Assembly: GCA_964619725.1 (NCBI GenBank)
Contig: CAZUFC010000045.1
Span: 1-59,486, forward strand
Source: an uncultured bacterium
GTDB taxonomy: Bacteria > CSSED10-310 > CAZUFC01
DNA: 59,486 bases
Reading direction: 5' to 3'
Shown here one piece after another: positions 30,365 through 39,689 of the stretch. How positions within the stretch are numbered: position 1 is the first letter of the stretch; the number at the start of each line of letters is the position of its first letter. The position numbers and the translations under genes were made by a program. The notes below the pieces were generated by a model, which saw nothing but the letters and a program-made list of their open reading frames with translations, was not told where the DNA came from and ran no database searches.

Positions 30365-31267
30365 ATAAAAAATTTTTTCTGGAAATTAGGAATAATAATG
30401 GTTGCGGCCGCGTTCGCAGCGGCCGCTTCGCAAGCCAAATCGAAAATAGCCTTCATACAGCTCGACGATGACGGACAGTGGGACCTCTGGATGATGAATG
30501 AAGACGGATCGGAGCAGGAACGTCTCACCGACGGCGAAATAGCGGAAAGGTTTCCTTCCTGGTCGCCTGACGGAAAGAGGATCGTGTGTGCCGCCAATAC
30601 AGGAGACTTGAAAATCATCGATGTTGAAAAAGGTACGGTGGAGACTCTGCAAACTCCCCCGAAAAGAAACGCTGAACCGGCCTGGTCGCCTGACGGAAAA
30701 TCGATTGCTTTTATAAGTTATCCCCCGGTTCCCCAGAGAAGGAGTATCCTGTGGATCACAGACATGATCAAAGGGGATTGGATAGCGCGAAGCATTCCTC
30801 TCCCCAGCGCTCAGAAAGGCTTCCCATGCTGGTCGCCGGACGGAAAAAAGATCGCTATGTCCTTTCTGAAAGAAATCAAACCCGGCGGACCCGTGGAAAA
30901 CATCAGTATTCTGGATATGGAAACAATGGAATTTGAGCTCTTGATACCAAGCGATGAGCATGATAATTTACATCCTGCCTGGTCTCCTGATGGAAAAAAG
31001 ATTGCTTTTTCATCGAATCGCAGCGGTAATTATGATCTTTGGATGAAAAATATTGACTCGGAAGAGCTTATTCAATTAACTAAAAATAAGGCTTTTGACG
31101 GCGACCCCACCTGGTCGCCAGACGGTAATTCAATCGTATTCGTCTCTTCCAGGAAAGGGAAAAAAAATATTTGGAGCCTGAATCTTGAGACAATGCAAGA
31201 GACGCAAATCACATTTAATAATCGGGGAAGCCGCGATCCGGCTTTTTATCCCGTTTTTGAACAATAA
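30365..31267 (+). CDS. TolB-like PD40 beta-propeller, secreted
   Basis: Five PxWSPDG repeats; signal peptide; start is either ATA 30365 (after AAGGAGG) or ATG 30398. Confidence 0.9.
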   Translation: MKNFFWKLGIIMVAAAFAAAASQAKSKIAFIQLDDDGQWDLWMMNEDGSEQERLTDGEIAERFPSWSPDGKRIVCAANTGDLKIIDVEKGTVETLQTPPKRNAEPAWSPDGKSIAFISYPPVPQRRSILWITDMIKGDWIARSIPLPSAQKGFPCWSPDGKKIAMSFLKEIKPGGPVENISILDMETMEFELLIPSDEHDNLHPAWSPDGKKIAFSSNRSGNYDLWMKNIDSEELIQLTKNKAFDGDPTWSPDGNSIVFVSSRKGKKNIWSLNLETMQETQITFNNRGSRDPAFYPVFEQ

Positions 31268-31312
31268 AGTATGCGCTGCCGCTCAAACCCATCAGCAGGA
31301 GGGGATGTCAGT

Positions 31313-32443
31313 ATGAAAATAAGGAAAAAATTGATGAACAGCGTTTTTTCGACAGCTTGCCTGGTTGCAGCAATTTGTTTGTTTTTTTGTTTCGCTTCGG
31401 CAGACGCCAGTCCGAAAATTTCAAAGGTAGGATTGCAACCGGGCGTTATTAACGTGCTTCAGAGTGAAAGAGCCGAAATTTCTTTTCATTTAAATGAAGC
31501 AGCCCAAGTCACCATTAATATTCTCGATCCGGACGGTTGGCCGGTAAAGACCCTGATGCAGGGGCAAATGCTTGAAGCGGGGTATCGGCATGTGGGATGG
31601 GACGGGACCCAGGATAACGGAGAGCTGGTTCCGGATGAAGCCTATTCCATTTACATCAAAGCCCGTAATGAATCCGGGGTTGATGTTTTTAATCCTTCCG
31701 CAGATTCCGGAGGCATGGCGGTCCTGGTTTACCCGGAAATCGAAAACGAAAGCTGGCCGCTCAGGGCGTCCTTTTCGCTCAGGCGTCCGTTAAGGGTTCA
31801 AGTGCGCATGGGAATCGACAAAGGTCCTTTGCTGCATATTCCGGTCGACTGGCAGGCGCTTGAACCAGGCTCGCACACGGTATCCTGGAATGGAAGAACT
31901 ACTGAGGGAAGGCGATTGACGGAAAATCCTGAAAACCTGAAAGTCCTGATCGATGCTTACACGCTGCCGGACATCGTCGTTCTTACGCGCGGTAATCCCA
32001 AGGATTTTGCTCTCTATAAATTTCAGCAGGCAAAAATGTCAGGCGTGTGGGACAATCTTATGGATATGGGAATGAATATGGATATGAGGCCCAGTCCTGC
32101 GGGTTTTCATAATCATGCCGACAGAACTAGAATTGAGGACAGGGAGCCTGGTTTCGATATGTCGGTCGGGATTAATGAGCAGTCCAGGGAAAAAATTCTT
32201 CAGGTAGACGTCAGTCTGGATGAAATTACTGAATGGGTTATGGCGCAAAGAAGATTTGAAATTAAATTATACGTCAACGGTGAACTGATCGTGGAAGAGG
32301 AACAGGGTATGGCGCCCTATAGTTTCTATACTGATTGGAATGATGCTTGGGATGCTTATGATGATTTATTGATTACGGTAAACGTTGCGACGCTGTACGA
32401 CCAAGTGGGAGGCAGCAGCCGCATTTTAAACATTGGCCCCTAG
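31313..32443 (+). CDS. Secreted FlgD-Ig-like domain protein
   Basis: Signal peptide; WDGTQDNGELVPDEAY and WNGRTTEG motifs shared with the C-terminus of the giant protein; ATG 31313 after GGAGGGG. Confidence 0.8.
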   Translation: MKIRKKLMNSVFSTACLVAAICLFFCFASADASPKISKVGLQPGVINVLQSERAEISFHLNEAAQVTINILDPDGWPVKTLMQGQMLEAGYRHVGWDGTQDNGELVPDEAYSIYIKARNESGVDVFNPSADSGGMAVLVYPEIENESWPLRASFSLRRPLRVQVRMGIDKGPLLHIPVDWQALEPGSHTVSWNGRTTEGRRLTENPENLKVLIDAYTLPDIVVLTRGNPKDFALYKFQQAKMSGVWDNLMDMGMNMDMRPSPAGFHNHADRTRIEDREPGFDMSVGINEQSREKILQVDVSLDEITEWVMAQRRFEIKLYVNGELIVEEEQGMAPYSFYTDWNDAWDAYDDLLITVNVATLYDQVGGSSRILNIGP

Positions 32444-32491
32444 CTGAGGATCCCAATGGTAATTTTAATTCTCTAAGGGAGGGAATCCACA

Positions 32492-33598
32492 GTGAAAAAA
32501 GTAAATAAAAAATTGTTGACGTCAGCGCCGGGAGGTTTAAGTTACTTAACAGCCGTACTGCTCTTTTTTATGATGGGCTTATGCCCGTTTTCCGTTAACG
32601 GTTCATACTTAATGATGGATGCGCCGGAATCCGTCTATCAGCTTCATGATTTCGATGTTGAAATTTATGTTTTCGATGTTTCTGACTTGTACGGCGTAGC
32701 CTGTGACGTCCTCTATACGGAAGACCTCGTGGACGTGCTCGATGATGATCCCGGTTCCGAAGGTGTTCAGCCGGCTCTGACCGAGGGAGAATTCCTTAAT
32801 GAGGGAGGGACGGAAGAAACGATAATGAGAGGAGCTTTTGAGGATGGGAAAGTCGAGGGAAGGCTTGTCCTGGGTCTGACTCGATCTGCTCAGATTCCGG
32901 GAGTCGACTCGGGGTTCATACCTCAGCATCTGATGACCGTGAGTTACAAAGCCGTCAATGTGGGATTCGCCGAATTTTCTTTTGACCAGGAAGGTATGGT
33001 CGATTCAGGCGAAAACCCTTTGAGTATTGACGGCGCCACCGGAGTGACCGTCGAAATCCTGGCTTTTACGAATCATCCGCCCAATATGCCCTCCAATCCT
33101 TATCCGGCAGACGGCGAAACCGGTGTACCCTTATCGCTGCAATTGACCTGGGAGGGCGGAGATCAGGATGAAGACGACATAATTACATATTATGTATATA
33201 TGGATGAAACCGATCCGCCGGAAACGCTCTACGACACAGTGACCAATCCCTGGGACCAGACGGTTTGCACCGTCGATGCAACCCTTGAAATGGGGCATCA
33301 CTATTACTGGAAAGTAATCGCAGAAGACATGTACGAAGGACTCACGACTGAAGGACCCGTCTGGGATTTCGTGGCTGCAGGGCCCTCGCCCACGCCGACG
33401 AATACACCCACGCCTACGCTCTCACCTACTTCAACCTTTACGCTCACTCCTACTTTAACCTACACGCCGGAAGAAACGCCTACGCCTTCCGTAACCCCAA
33501 CAGTCGCTCCCGTTCCCGCAACCTCTACCGCCGGCCTGGCGCTGCTCGCTCTCATCATTTCCTTCGGATTCTTGAGAACGTTCAGAAAGAAAGATTAA
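32492..33598 (+). CDS. Cohesin-domain surface anchor with Fn3-like module, Pro/Thr linker and IPTL-CTERM-like sorting signal
   Basis: FDVEIYV.DVSDLYGV..DVLY...V / LVLGL / LMTVSYKA...G cohesin-like pattern; NHPPNMPSNPYPADG...YYWKV; TPTPT linker; VPATSTAGLALLALIISFGFLRTFRKK. Confidence 0.75.
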   Translation: MKKVNKKLLTSAPGGLSYLTAVLLFFMMGLCPFSVNGSYLMMDAPESVYQLHDFDVEIYVFDVSDLYGVACDVLYTEDLVDVLDDDPGSEGVQPALTEGEFLNEGGTEETIMRGAFEDGKVEGRLVLGLTRSAQIPGVDSGFIPQHLMTVSYKAVNVGFAEFSFDQEGMVDSGENPLSIDGATGVTVEILAFTNHPPNMPSNPYPADGETGVPLSLQLTWEGGDQDEDDIITYYVYMDETDPPETLYDTVTNPWDQTVCTVDATLEMGHHYYWKVIAEDMYEGLTTEGPVWDFVAAGPSPTPTNTPTPTLSPTSTFTLTPTLTYTPEETPTPSVTPTVAPVPATSTAGLALLALIISFGFLRTFRKKD

Positions 33599-33608
33599 TT
33601 CTAAACTA

Positions 33609-33652
33609 AAAAAATGAACTTCCCTGACAGCGGCCGGGGAAGTTCATTTTTT
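33609..33652. terminator. Bidirectional intrinsic terminator between convergent genes
   Basis: AAAAAATGAACTTCCC ... GGGAAGTTCATTTTTT perfect inverted repeat with T-tracts on both strands. Confidence 0.9.
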
Positions 33653-33655
33653 CTG

Positions 33656-34543
33656 TTAAAACTCACGCGCAATAATCTCATTTTTCCTGGTCTTCATAAA
33701 AAGCACGCTGTATTCAGGCTGATAATGCAGGAAAGTGACCGAATCGGACTGCAGGTTCTGACTGAGCAACGACCAGGACTTGCCCGCGTCTTGGCTGAGG
33801 AATATCCCGATTTTCGTGTTTATGAAAAAGAGCCCTTTTTCATTGTCTACAGCGATTGAATTGACCCTATCGACGGGTAGAGCGGAGATTTTCGCCCAGG
33901 ATTCGCCGGCGTTTCGAGACACGAACACACCGTGCTGCAATGTACCGAAATAATAATTGCTTTTTAAATCTCTGTATATCCAGGTTAATTGAGGTGCAGG
34001 AAAGAGAAGTTCGGGATTCTCGATATTCTCATCTGTTCGCCATAATCCCTCATTTGTTCCGATCAGAAAACCCCTTTGCTCCCAATCATGAAAACAACTC
34101 ACCCTCGATTTTGCGTCGTTCCATTGTATTTGATCGAATCGACGGATTTTGTCTCCGTCGTAATAAAAAGTATAGGAGTAACCCATATTGAACAAATCAA
34201 AAAAAAGAGCGCGTGAAGAGGAGTCATCGTTTAAAATCTCACAGATAATGGAAACGGATTGAGCTATATTGGGATAAAGGTTCTCCTCGGGCGCTATATT
34301 GCCGGCAACCTTAAAAAGTACGTTTTTACTTGTTATTTTGCTCATTTCTCGCAGCGAAAATCCTCGAAACAGTTCCGAAGACAATGCGGCCCGCGTCCAA
34401 CTCTCTTTGTCGATTTCTATTTCTCTGTTGTGGAACAGGATATGGTTCCACTTCAGGTCAAAACAGCACGTCAAAGCATCAATGGCTTTGCCCAGCGTTT
34501 CTTTATTTATCGGCGCTGATATCAGTTTTATCTGATTTCCCAT
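33656..34543 (-). CDS. Hypothetical protein with C-terminal BNR/Asp-box propeller repeats
   Basis: VSRNAGESW and LSQDAGKSW Asp-boxes; GTxxG repeats. Confidence 0.65.
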   Translation of the reverse strand: MGNQIKLISAPINKETLGKAIDALTCCFDLKWNHILFHNREIEIDKESWTRAALSSELFRGFSLREMSKITSKNVLFKVAGNIAPEENLYPNIAQSVSIICEILNDDSSSRALFFDLFNMGYSYTFYYDGDKIRRFDQIQWNDAKSRVSCFHDWEQRGFLIGTNEGLWRTDENIENPELLFPAPQLTWIYRDLKSNYYFGTLQHGVFVSRNAGESWAKISALPVDRVNSIAVDNEKGLFFINTKIGIFLSQDAGKSWSLLSQNLQSDSVTFLHYQPEYSVLFMKTRKNEIIAREF

Positions 34544-34744
34544 CTTTTTCCCTTCTCCCGTCGGTTAAGTGAAAATTGTTGTTCATTTGTAAAAGATACG
34601 ATCTAAAATGTCAAGTCGCTTTATTTTTAAGGTTTTTAGATTAAACTGAAATTCTGAAAAAAATCCGAAAAAAAATTTGACAAAAATTTTTCCTGTGTTA
34701 TGCTTCGGATTCCACGATGGTGGGTATAGTATTATATTTGCTTA

Positions 34745-35182
34745 ATGGATATGGTGATGAAGAAAAAAGACGACAAAATAAGATTTGATCCCGAAGATAT
34801 TCTGGACATGCTTGATGATGCCGAATTCGACGAGGATGAGGAAGAAAACGAAGAAACACAGGCAGCGCAAGAGTTTGCGTTGGGCCTGATTTACGTCTTG
34901 AAATCCCTTGAAAAAGACGAGATCAAAAACTCCAGTGATCCTCAGATTCGGAAATGGTCTGAAAATATGCAGAGCACGATTGAAGAGATCATTTCCGAAA
35001 TGGCTGAAGAATATTTCCGTGAAGGAACGGACAACCTGGAAATCACGGAAGAATTGCTTGAGATTTTCCGGGATTACGGCAAGTGTTATATGGATGAAAT
35101 TTACCAGCACAGGTTAATTCGGCATAATTATTTTTTTCCCAATGACTTTCATGAGGAAGACGGAAATATTCTGTTGCACTGA
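34745..35182 (+). CDS. Acidic hypothetical protein
   Basis: 145-aa ORF downstream of TTGACA-16-TATGCT (34677-34704). Confidence 0.6.
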   Translation: MDMVMKKKDDKIRFDPEDILDMLDDAEFDEDEEENEETQAAQEFALGLIYVLKSLEKDEIKNSSDPQIRKWSENMQSTIEEIISEMAEEYFREGTDNLEITEELLEIFRDYGKCYMDEIYQHRLIRHNYFFPNDFHEEDGNILLH

Positions 35183-35196
35183 CAGGAATATCCGGA

Positions 35197-36045
35197 TCAG
35201 TTTTGGGCCGACTGGGACCTGTTTTTTTTCATTTCTTCATCCAGTCGTATTCTGATTTCCGCAGGTTTCATTCCGAACAAGAATGCAATGTAATCGCTCA
35301 ACCGGTATGTCCATCCCGCCAGGACCACGGCAAAGAAGGAGCTGAGGATAAGCACAGGGGCGATGCCGGCGATTCCCAGATTCTCGAATGCCTTGTAGGT
35401 GGTGACGTTGCTTACCAATTTTATGAAGTCGTCGCTGATTTTTCTCATTTCGATAAGGCTGTCGAAAGTCTCGGAATTGACGAACAGTTTTGAGATGTCC
35501 GTAGAGATAATGAATCCCATTTCGTGATAATCCCCCAGCAGATTGAGGAAGGGAGCGACGGCCAGGATAAGGGCGGGTCCGAGCATAATGAGGGATTTTC
35601 TTTTCATGGCGAAGAGCAGCCAGGGGACGCCCAGCAGGGAGAGGAAGAAGGGACCGAAGTCGGTCAGCAGGTACCCCAGATCGCTTCCGGGATCGAAACC
35701 CGATAGTCTTCCGGCGTAATCGCCTCCGGCCACAACAAAGGGAACGAATTTCTCGAATATTTTTCCGCCGTACATTGGATCTATCTGCAATTCAGTGACG
35801 GTTCCTCCGGCAGCCCAGCATCCCGCTACATGGAGGAATTCGTGAACCGGAACGTATATGAACCAGAACGCTATAAACGGCAACACGAAAAGCGCCAGGG
35901 CCTTTCGAGGTCCGTACAATTCCTTGAAATCAATGTCCACAACCCGCATTAGATCGTGAATCATCAGTCGCCAACCTGAAAAAAAGAACATTCCTGTCTT
36001 TCGAATAAATGGATTCGATTTTTTTTCATTTTTCTGTCCGTTCAT
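35197..36045 (-). CDS. Membrane protein with HExxH, M50-like zinc metalloprotease
   Basis: TM-embedded VPVHEFLHVAG, later FGP and GD motifs; several TM helices. Confidence 0.6.
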   Translation of the reverse strand: MNGQKNEKKSNPFIRKTGMFFFSGWRLMIHDLMRVVDIDFKELYGPRKALALFVLPFIAFWFIYVPVHEFLHVAGCWAAGGTVTELQIDPMYGGKIFEKFVPFVVAGGDYAGRLSGFDPGSDLGYLLTDFGPFFLSLLGVPWLLFAMKRKSLIMLGPALILAVAPFLNLLGDYHEMGFIISTDISKLFVNSETFDSLIEMRKISDDFIKLVSNVTTYKAFENLGIAGIAPVLILSSFFAVVLAGWTYRLSDYIAFLFGMKPAEIRIRLDEEMKKNRSQSAQN

Positions 36046-36138
36046 GGTCTTTTCCTTCTATTTTCTGAAGTTGCCGCATTCATGTAAAATATTGTCATTC
36101 ATCAATTGCGAAGCGGCAGGAATAATTTTTCAGGATAA

Positions 36139-36408
36139 TTAAAACCGTTCTCCCTTTTTTCTTTTTGGTGAAGTAACAAGCGTATAATTGCACCGGACGC
36201 ATTTATATGGGGGAAAGGCTTTTTCGGGAACGTAAAATTTCGTTTGACAATTTCCGCATTCATGCTCCTTCACATTCGTACCGGAGAACTCACCCACAGG
36301 CGATAAATTTCCCCGGCAAGCCGGACATTTCTCGGGACGCTTCTGCGTTTCATCCGAAAGAACGATATAACCGCAACTGTTGCACTCGTATTCCGACAAT
36401 TTTTCCAT
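36139..36408 (-). CDS. Double zinc-ribbon/rubredoxin-like small protein
   Basis: Four CxxC pairs (CNSC, CPAC, CGNC, CVRC). Confidence 0.8.
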   Translation of the reverse strand: MEKLSEYECNSCGYIVLSDETQKRPEKCPACRGNLSPVGEFSGTNVKEHECGNCQTKFYVPEKAFPPYKCVRCNYTLVTSPKRKKGERF

Positions 36409-36751
36409 TTTTCATCCTTTCAGGCGGCATGAGAAGGCCTCTATCAAAAAGTAAGGCGTTGCGGCCTCTTATCCGCTGCAGCCGCAGTTTAACATTAAAC
36501 TTTTATAGCGTCATAGTCAAATATCAAAGCAGCTCAAATCAGGATGAAAATTTGTAACGGCCGAGCCGCCGCCGGCGGACGGGTATGACCCGGCAAGTCT
36601 CTCATTTTCGACAGTCGCTTTACAAGTCATATGACTAATCAAGATGAACCGCAGCGATTGCAATAAGACGATTAAAGATTTATATTGACTGATGGAATTT
36701 CGGCCGGAAAGCGCTTTCGGCTTTGGAATAACCGATGTAAAGGAGGAATTC

Positions 36752-37939
36752 ATGAATTCAATGGATATTGTTAAGAATATTATTTCGACTGCAGGATTGA
36801 TTTTGATTATTGCCGTCATGGGGGCGAATGTTTTGTCAGAAGACATCACAATAAAAAGCGGGTCGGGTATGAATATTTCTTTGAAGAAGGAAGTGCAGCA
36901 TGCCATAGAAAAGGGATTGAATTGGTTGAAGACGGTGCAGAATGAGGAGGGGTACTGGTCTCAAAAGGATTATCCGGCATTGACTGCCTTGGCTTTAACC
37001 GCTTATATGGGGGAGCCGTCCGGGAAATATCGAGCTGAGAAGAATGATTTTATCGATAAGGGTTATGAATATTTAAAAGGGTGCGTCAAACCGGACGGAG
37101 GCATTTACGTTGAGGAGCTTTCCAATTACAACACGGCAGTCAGCATTATGGCCTTCCAGGTGGCTCATAATCCTGAATATGAACCGATATTAAGAAAAGC
37201 CCGGAATTTTCTGACGGAGCTTCAGGGGGATTTCGGCGAAAAAGGAAAAATAGACACTCCTTATGACGGGGGAATCGGTTACGGAGGCAGTTATCCTCAC
37301 TCGGATATGTCCAATACGGTTTTGGCGCTTGAGGCGCTTTATTACACGAAATACCTGGGGCAGGACCAGAAATCAAAGATGAAGGAACTGAACTGGGAAG
37401 CGGCCGTAAAATTCATCGAGCGCTGTCAGAATTTGCCTGAGCATAACGATCAGGATTGGGCGAGCGACGATCCTGAAAATAAGGGAGGATTCGTTTATTT
37501 TCCCGGCAACAGCAAGGCGGGCGAGATGAAGCTTCCGTCGGGAGAAACAGCGTTGCGTTCTTATGGAAGTATGAGTTATGCGGGATTACTGAGTTACATT
37601 TATGCGGAGATGGACAGTGATGATCCGCGGGTTGAGGCTGTTTATGACTGGTTGAGAGAGAATTTCAGTCTGACGGAGAATCCGGGCATGGGTCCGCAGG
37701 GTCTTTATTATTATTATCATACAATGGCCAAAGCGCTGTCTCGTTACGGCATCGATGAACTCAAACTGGAAACGGGAGAAAAAATAGACTGGCGGAAAAA
37801 ACTGGCGTTAAAATTGTTCGATCTTCAAAAACCCGAAGGTTACTGGCTTAATGATAACGGACGTTGGTGGGAAAAGGACCCGGTTTTAGTCACCGCTTAT
37901 TCCGTGATAGCCCTTGAGATTATTTATCAAGGACTCTAA
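36752..37939 (+). CDS. Secreted prenyltransferase/squalene-oxidase-repeat (alpha-alpha barrel) protein
   Basis: QW-like repeats WLKTVQNEEGYW, LQKPEGYW, DGGIGY, SDMSNT, RSYGSMSYAGL; ATG 36752 after AAGGAGG. Confidence 0.8.
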   Translation: MNSMDIVKNIISTAGLILIIAVMGANVLSEDITIKSGSGMNISLKKEVQHAIEKGLNWLKTVQNEEGYWSQKDYPALTALALTAYMGEPSGKYRAEKNDFIDKGYEYLKGCVKPDGGIYVEELSNYNTAVSIMAFQVAHNPEYEPILRKARNFLTELQGDFGEKGKIDTPYDGGIGYGGSYPHSDMSNTVLALEALYYTKYLGQDQKSKMKELNWEAAVKFIERCQNLPEHNDQDWASDDPENKGGFVYFPGNSKAGEMKLPSGETALRSYGSMSYAGLLSYIYAEMDSDDPRVEAVYDWLRENFSLTENPGMGPQGLYYYYHTMAKALSRYGIDELKLETGEKIDWRKKLALKLFDLQKPEGYWLNDNGRWWEKDPVLVTAYSVIALEIIYQGL

Positions 37940-38295
37940 AGAAGGATGCCGGCGATAATAAAGCGGCTTTATCGAACTCCTCGGTCAGCCTGGAAAAAAG
38001 CGGCGGCTAAACGTCGCTAATTCACGTTGATTCGCCAATGATAAATTCTTTATTTTTTGTTCCTACGGCAGGGCTCTGACCCCAGTCCCCATTCGTTCTG
38101 ACGCCTTGGCATGCCGAATTAAAATTGATTTGCGGATAGTCGCTCACCGACAAACTTGTTGCGCTGACAGAAGCCCTATTGTATACTGCCGCCGACTTTG
38201 ATCCGAACCTGCGAAAACTCACAATGCGAAAACGGGAGAACTGATTTCGGCAAAGCATAACGAGAGACAAAACTGGGAAATCAAGAAAGGAGTTA

Positions 38296-39666
38296 ATGGA
38301 CATGTCAAAACTGATCGAGAAAGTAAACGCTGAATTTCGTAGAATTTTGGAGAAACATCCTGATCCTTATGACGTTTACAGGGAACTGACGGAAGGAATG
38401 TCCGCCAAGGGTTGCACATTTGGAAGCGGTCCGATGCCTTTGTACGTGAAGCCTTATTTCATTGACGGTGAAAGGATGCCTGAGATACGCTGGACGACCG
38501 AAGTTTTAATGAGAGTCATGAATAAGATTGTTGAGCTTTATTATACGGACGAGTCGTCTAAGGCGATGTTTTATCTTTCGCCGGAAGAGACGGAATTGTC
38601 CGATATTCCCGTGGGTTATCACAACAGAATTCAGATCACTCGAAACGACGCCTTCATGACGGACGACAAGCTTATGTATATCGAATTCAACGCGGACAGC
38701 CCCGGAGGCCCGATGTATTCGGACGTTCAGGGTGACCTTATCCAACGGTCGAAAGTTTTTGAAGAACTTTGCAAAAAGTTTACGGTGGGACGCGATCTGA
38801 TCATGTGGCAGATACTCCGCATGCTGATGACCTGTTACAAGGAGTGGGGAGGTAAAAAAGAGCATCCCAACATTTGCATAAGCGCCGGTACGGGCGGCGG
38901 AACTACTCCCGAATTCCACGCTATCATTGCCTGGCTGAAGACCCTCGGTTTCAACGCTGAATTTTGCGGCACAACCGAGTGGACCTATGAAAACGGTCGT
39001 CTGACTACGCCCAACGGGCTTGAACCCGATATCATTTATCGACGAGGCTGGATCGGCGACTGGATTCAGCATATGGACGGCATCAAGCCCATCGTTAGAG
39101 CATTGAGAGATCGCAAAGCCTGCCTGGTCAACCCGCTCTCATCAACTCTCGCAGCCAATAAATCGCTCCTGGCGGTTCTCCAGATGCCCGAGATACTGAA
39201 GATGTTCAATGATGAGGAGCAGAAGGTCATTATGAACTATATTCCCTGGACGAGGGTTTTTGAAAAAGTTAAAACCGATTTTCACGGTCAGACGATAGAT
39301 TTGCCCGAATATGTGCAGAAAAACAAAGACCGGTTCGTTCTTAAACCTATCGATCAGTACGGCGGCAAGGACGTCATAGTAGGGTACGCAATTGATTCTT
39401 CGGAATGGGATGAGTGGGTTGATAACGCATGCGCCCCCAAGGGAAAATTCGTGGTTCAGGAAGTCGTCAGCATTCCCGAAGAGGAATTGCCGGTTTTTGA
39501 CGGCCATAAATTGATGTGGGCGAAAAAGAAAATAAACGTTAATTTCTATTGCTACGGAGAAATATACACCGGAGGAGTCGTCAGGTCATCCGACAGTCCC
39601 GTCATCAACGTCCACAAGGGCGGCGGTATGACGCCCATTATGTTCGTTGACGGAGAGCGTCACTAA
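38296..39666 (+). CDS. Circularly permuted ATP-grasp amide ligase (glutathionylspermidine synthase-like)
   Basis: R.DAF, IEFNADSPGG, IYRR, NK..L, VLKP...YGGKDV, FVVQE, NVHKGGG. Confidence 0.85.
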   Translation: MDMSKLIEKVNAEFRRILEKHPDPYDVYRELTEGMSAKGCTFGSGPMPLYVKPYFIDGERMPEIRWTTEVLMRVMNKIVELYYTDESSKAMFYLSPEETELSDIPVGYHNRIQITRNDAFMTDDKLMYIEFNADSPGGPMYSDVQGDLIQRSKVFEELCKKFTVGRDLIMWQILRMLMTCYKEWGGKKEHPNICISAGTGGGTTPEFHAIIAWLKTLGFNAEFCGTTEWTYENGRLTTPNGLEPDIIYRRGWIGDWIQHMDGIKPIVRALRDRKACLVNPLSSTLAANKSLLAVLQMPEILKMFNDEEQKVIMNYIPWTRVFEKVKTDFHGQTIDLPEYVQKNKDRFVLKPIDQYGGKDVIVGYAIDSSEWDEWVDNACAPKGKFVVQEVVSIPEEELPVFDGHKLMWAKKKINVNFYCYGEIYTGGVVRSSDSPVINVHKGGGMTPIMFVDGERH

Positions 39667-39689
39667 GAAAGGGCTTGAGTCGGAATATC

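Noticed and set aside
21478-30961. Numerous minus-strand ORFs within the giant gene and the TolB-like gene
   Set aside because: Antisense shadows of a long, biased reading frame
30365-32443. Calling these genes true tolB and flgD
   Set aside because: No TolB N-domain, pal/tolA or flagellar genes; only the repeat and Ig modules are shared
36752-37939. Squalene-hopene cyclase
   Set aside because: Too short (single barrel), has a signal peptide and lacks the DXDD motif (SDMSNT instead)
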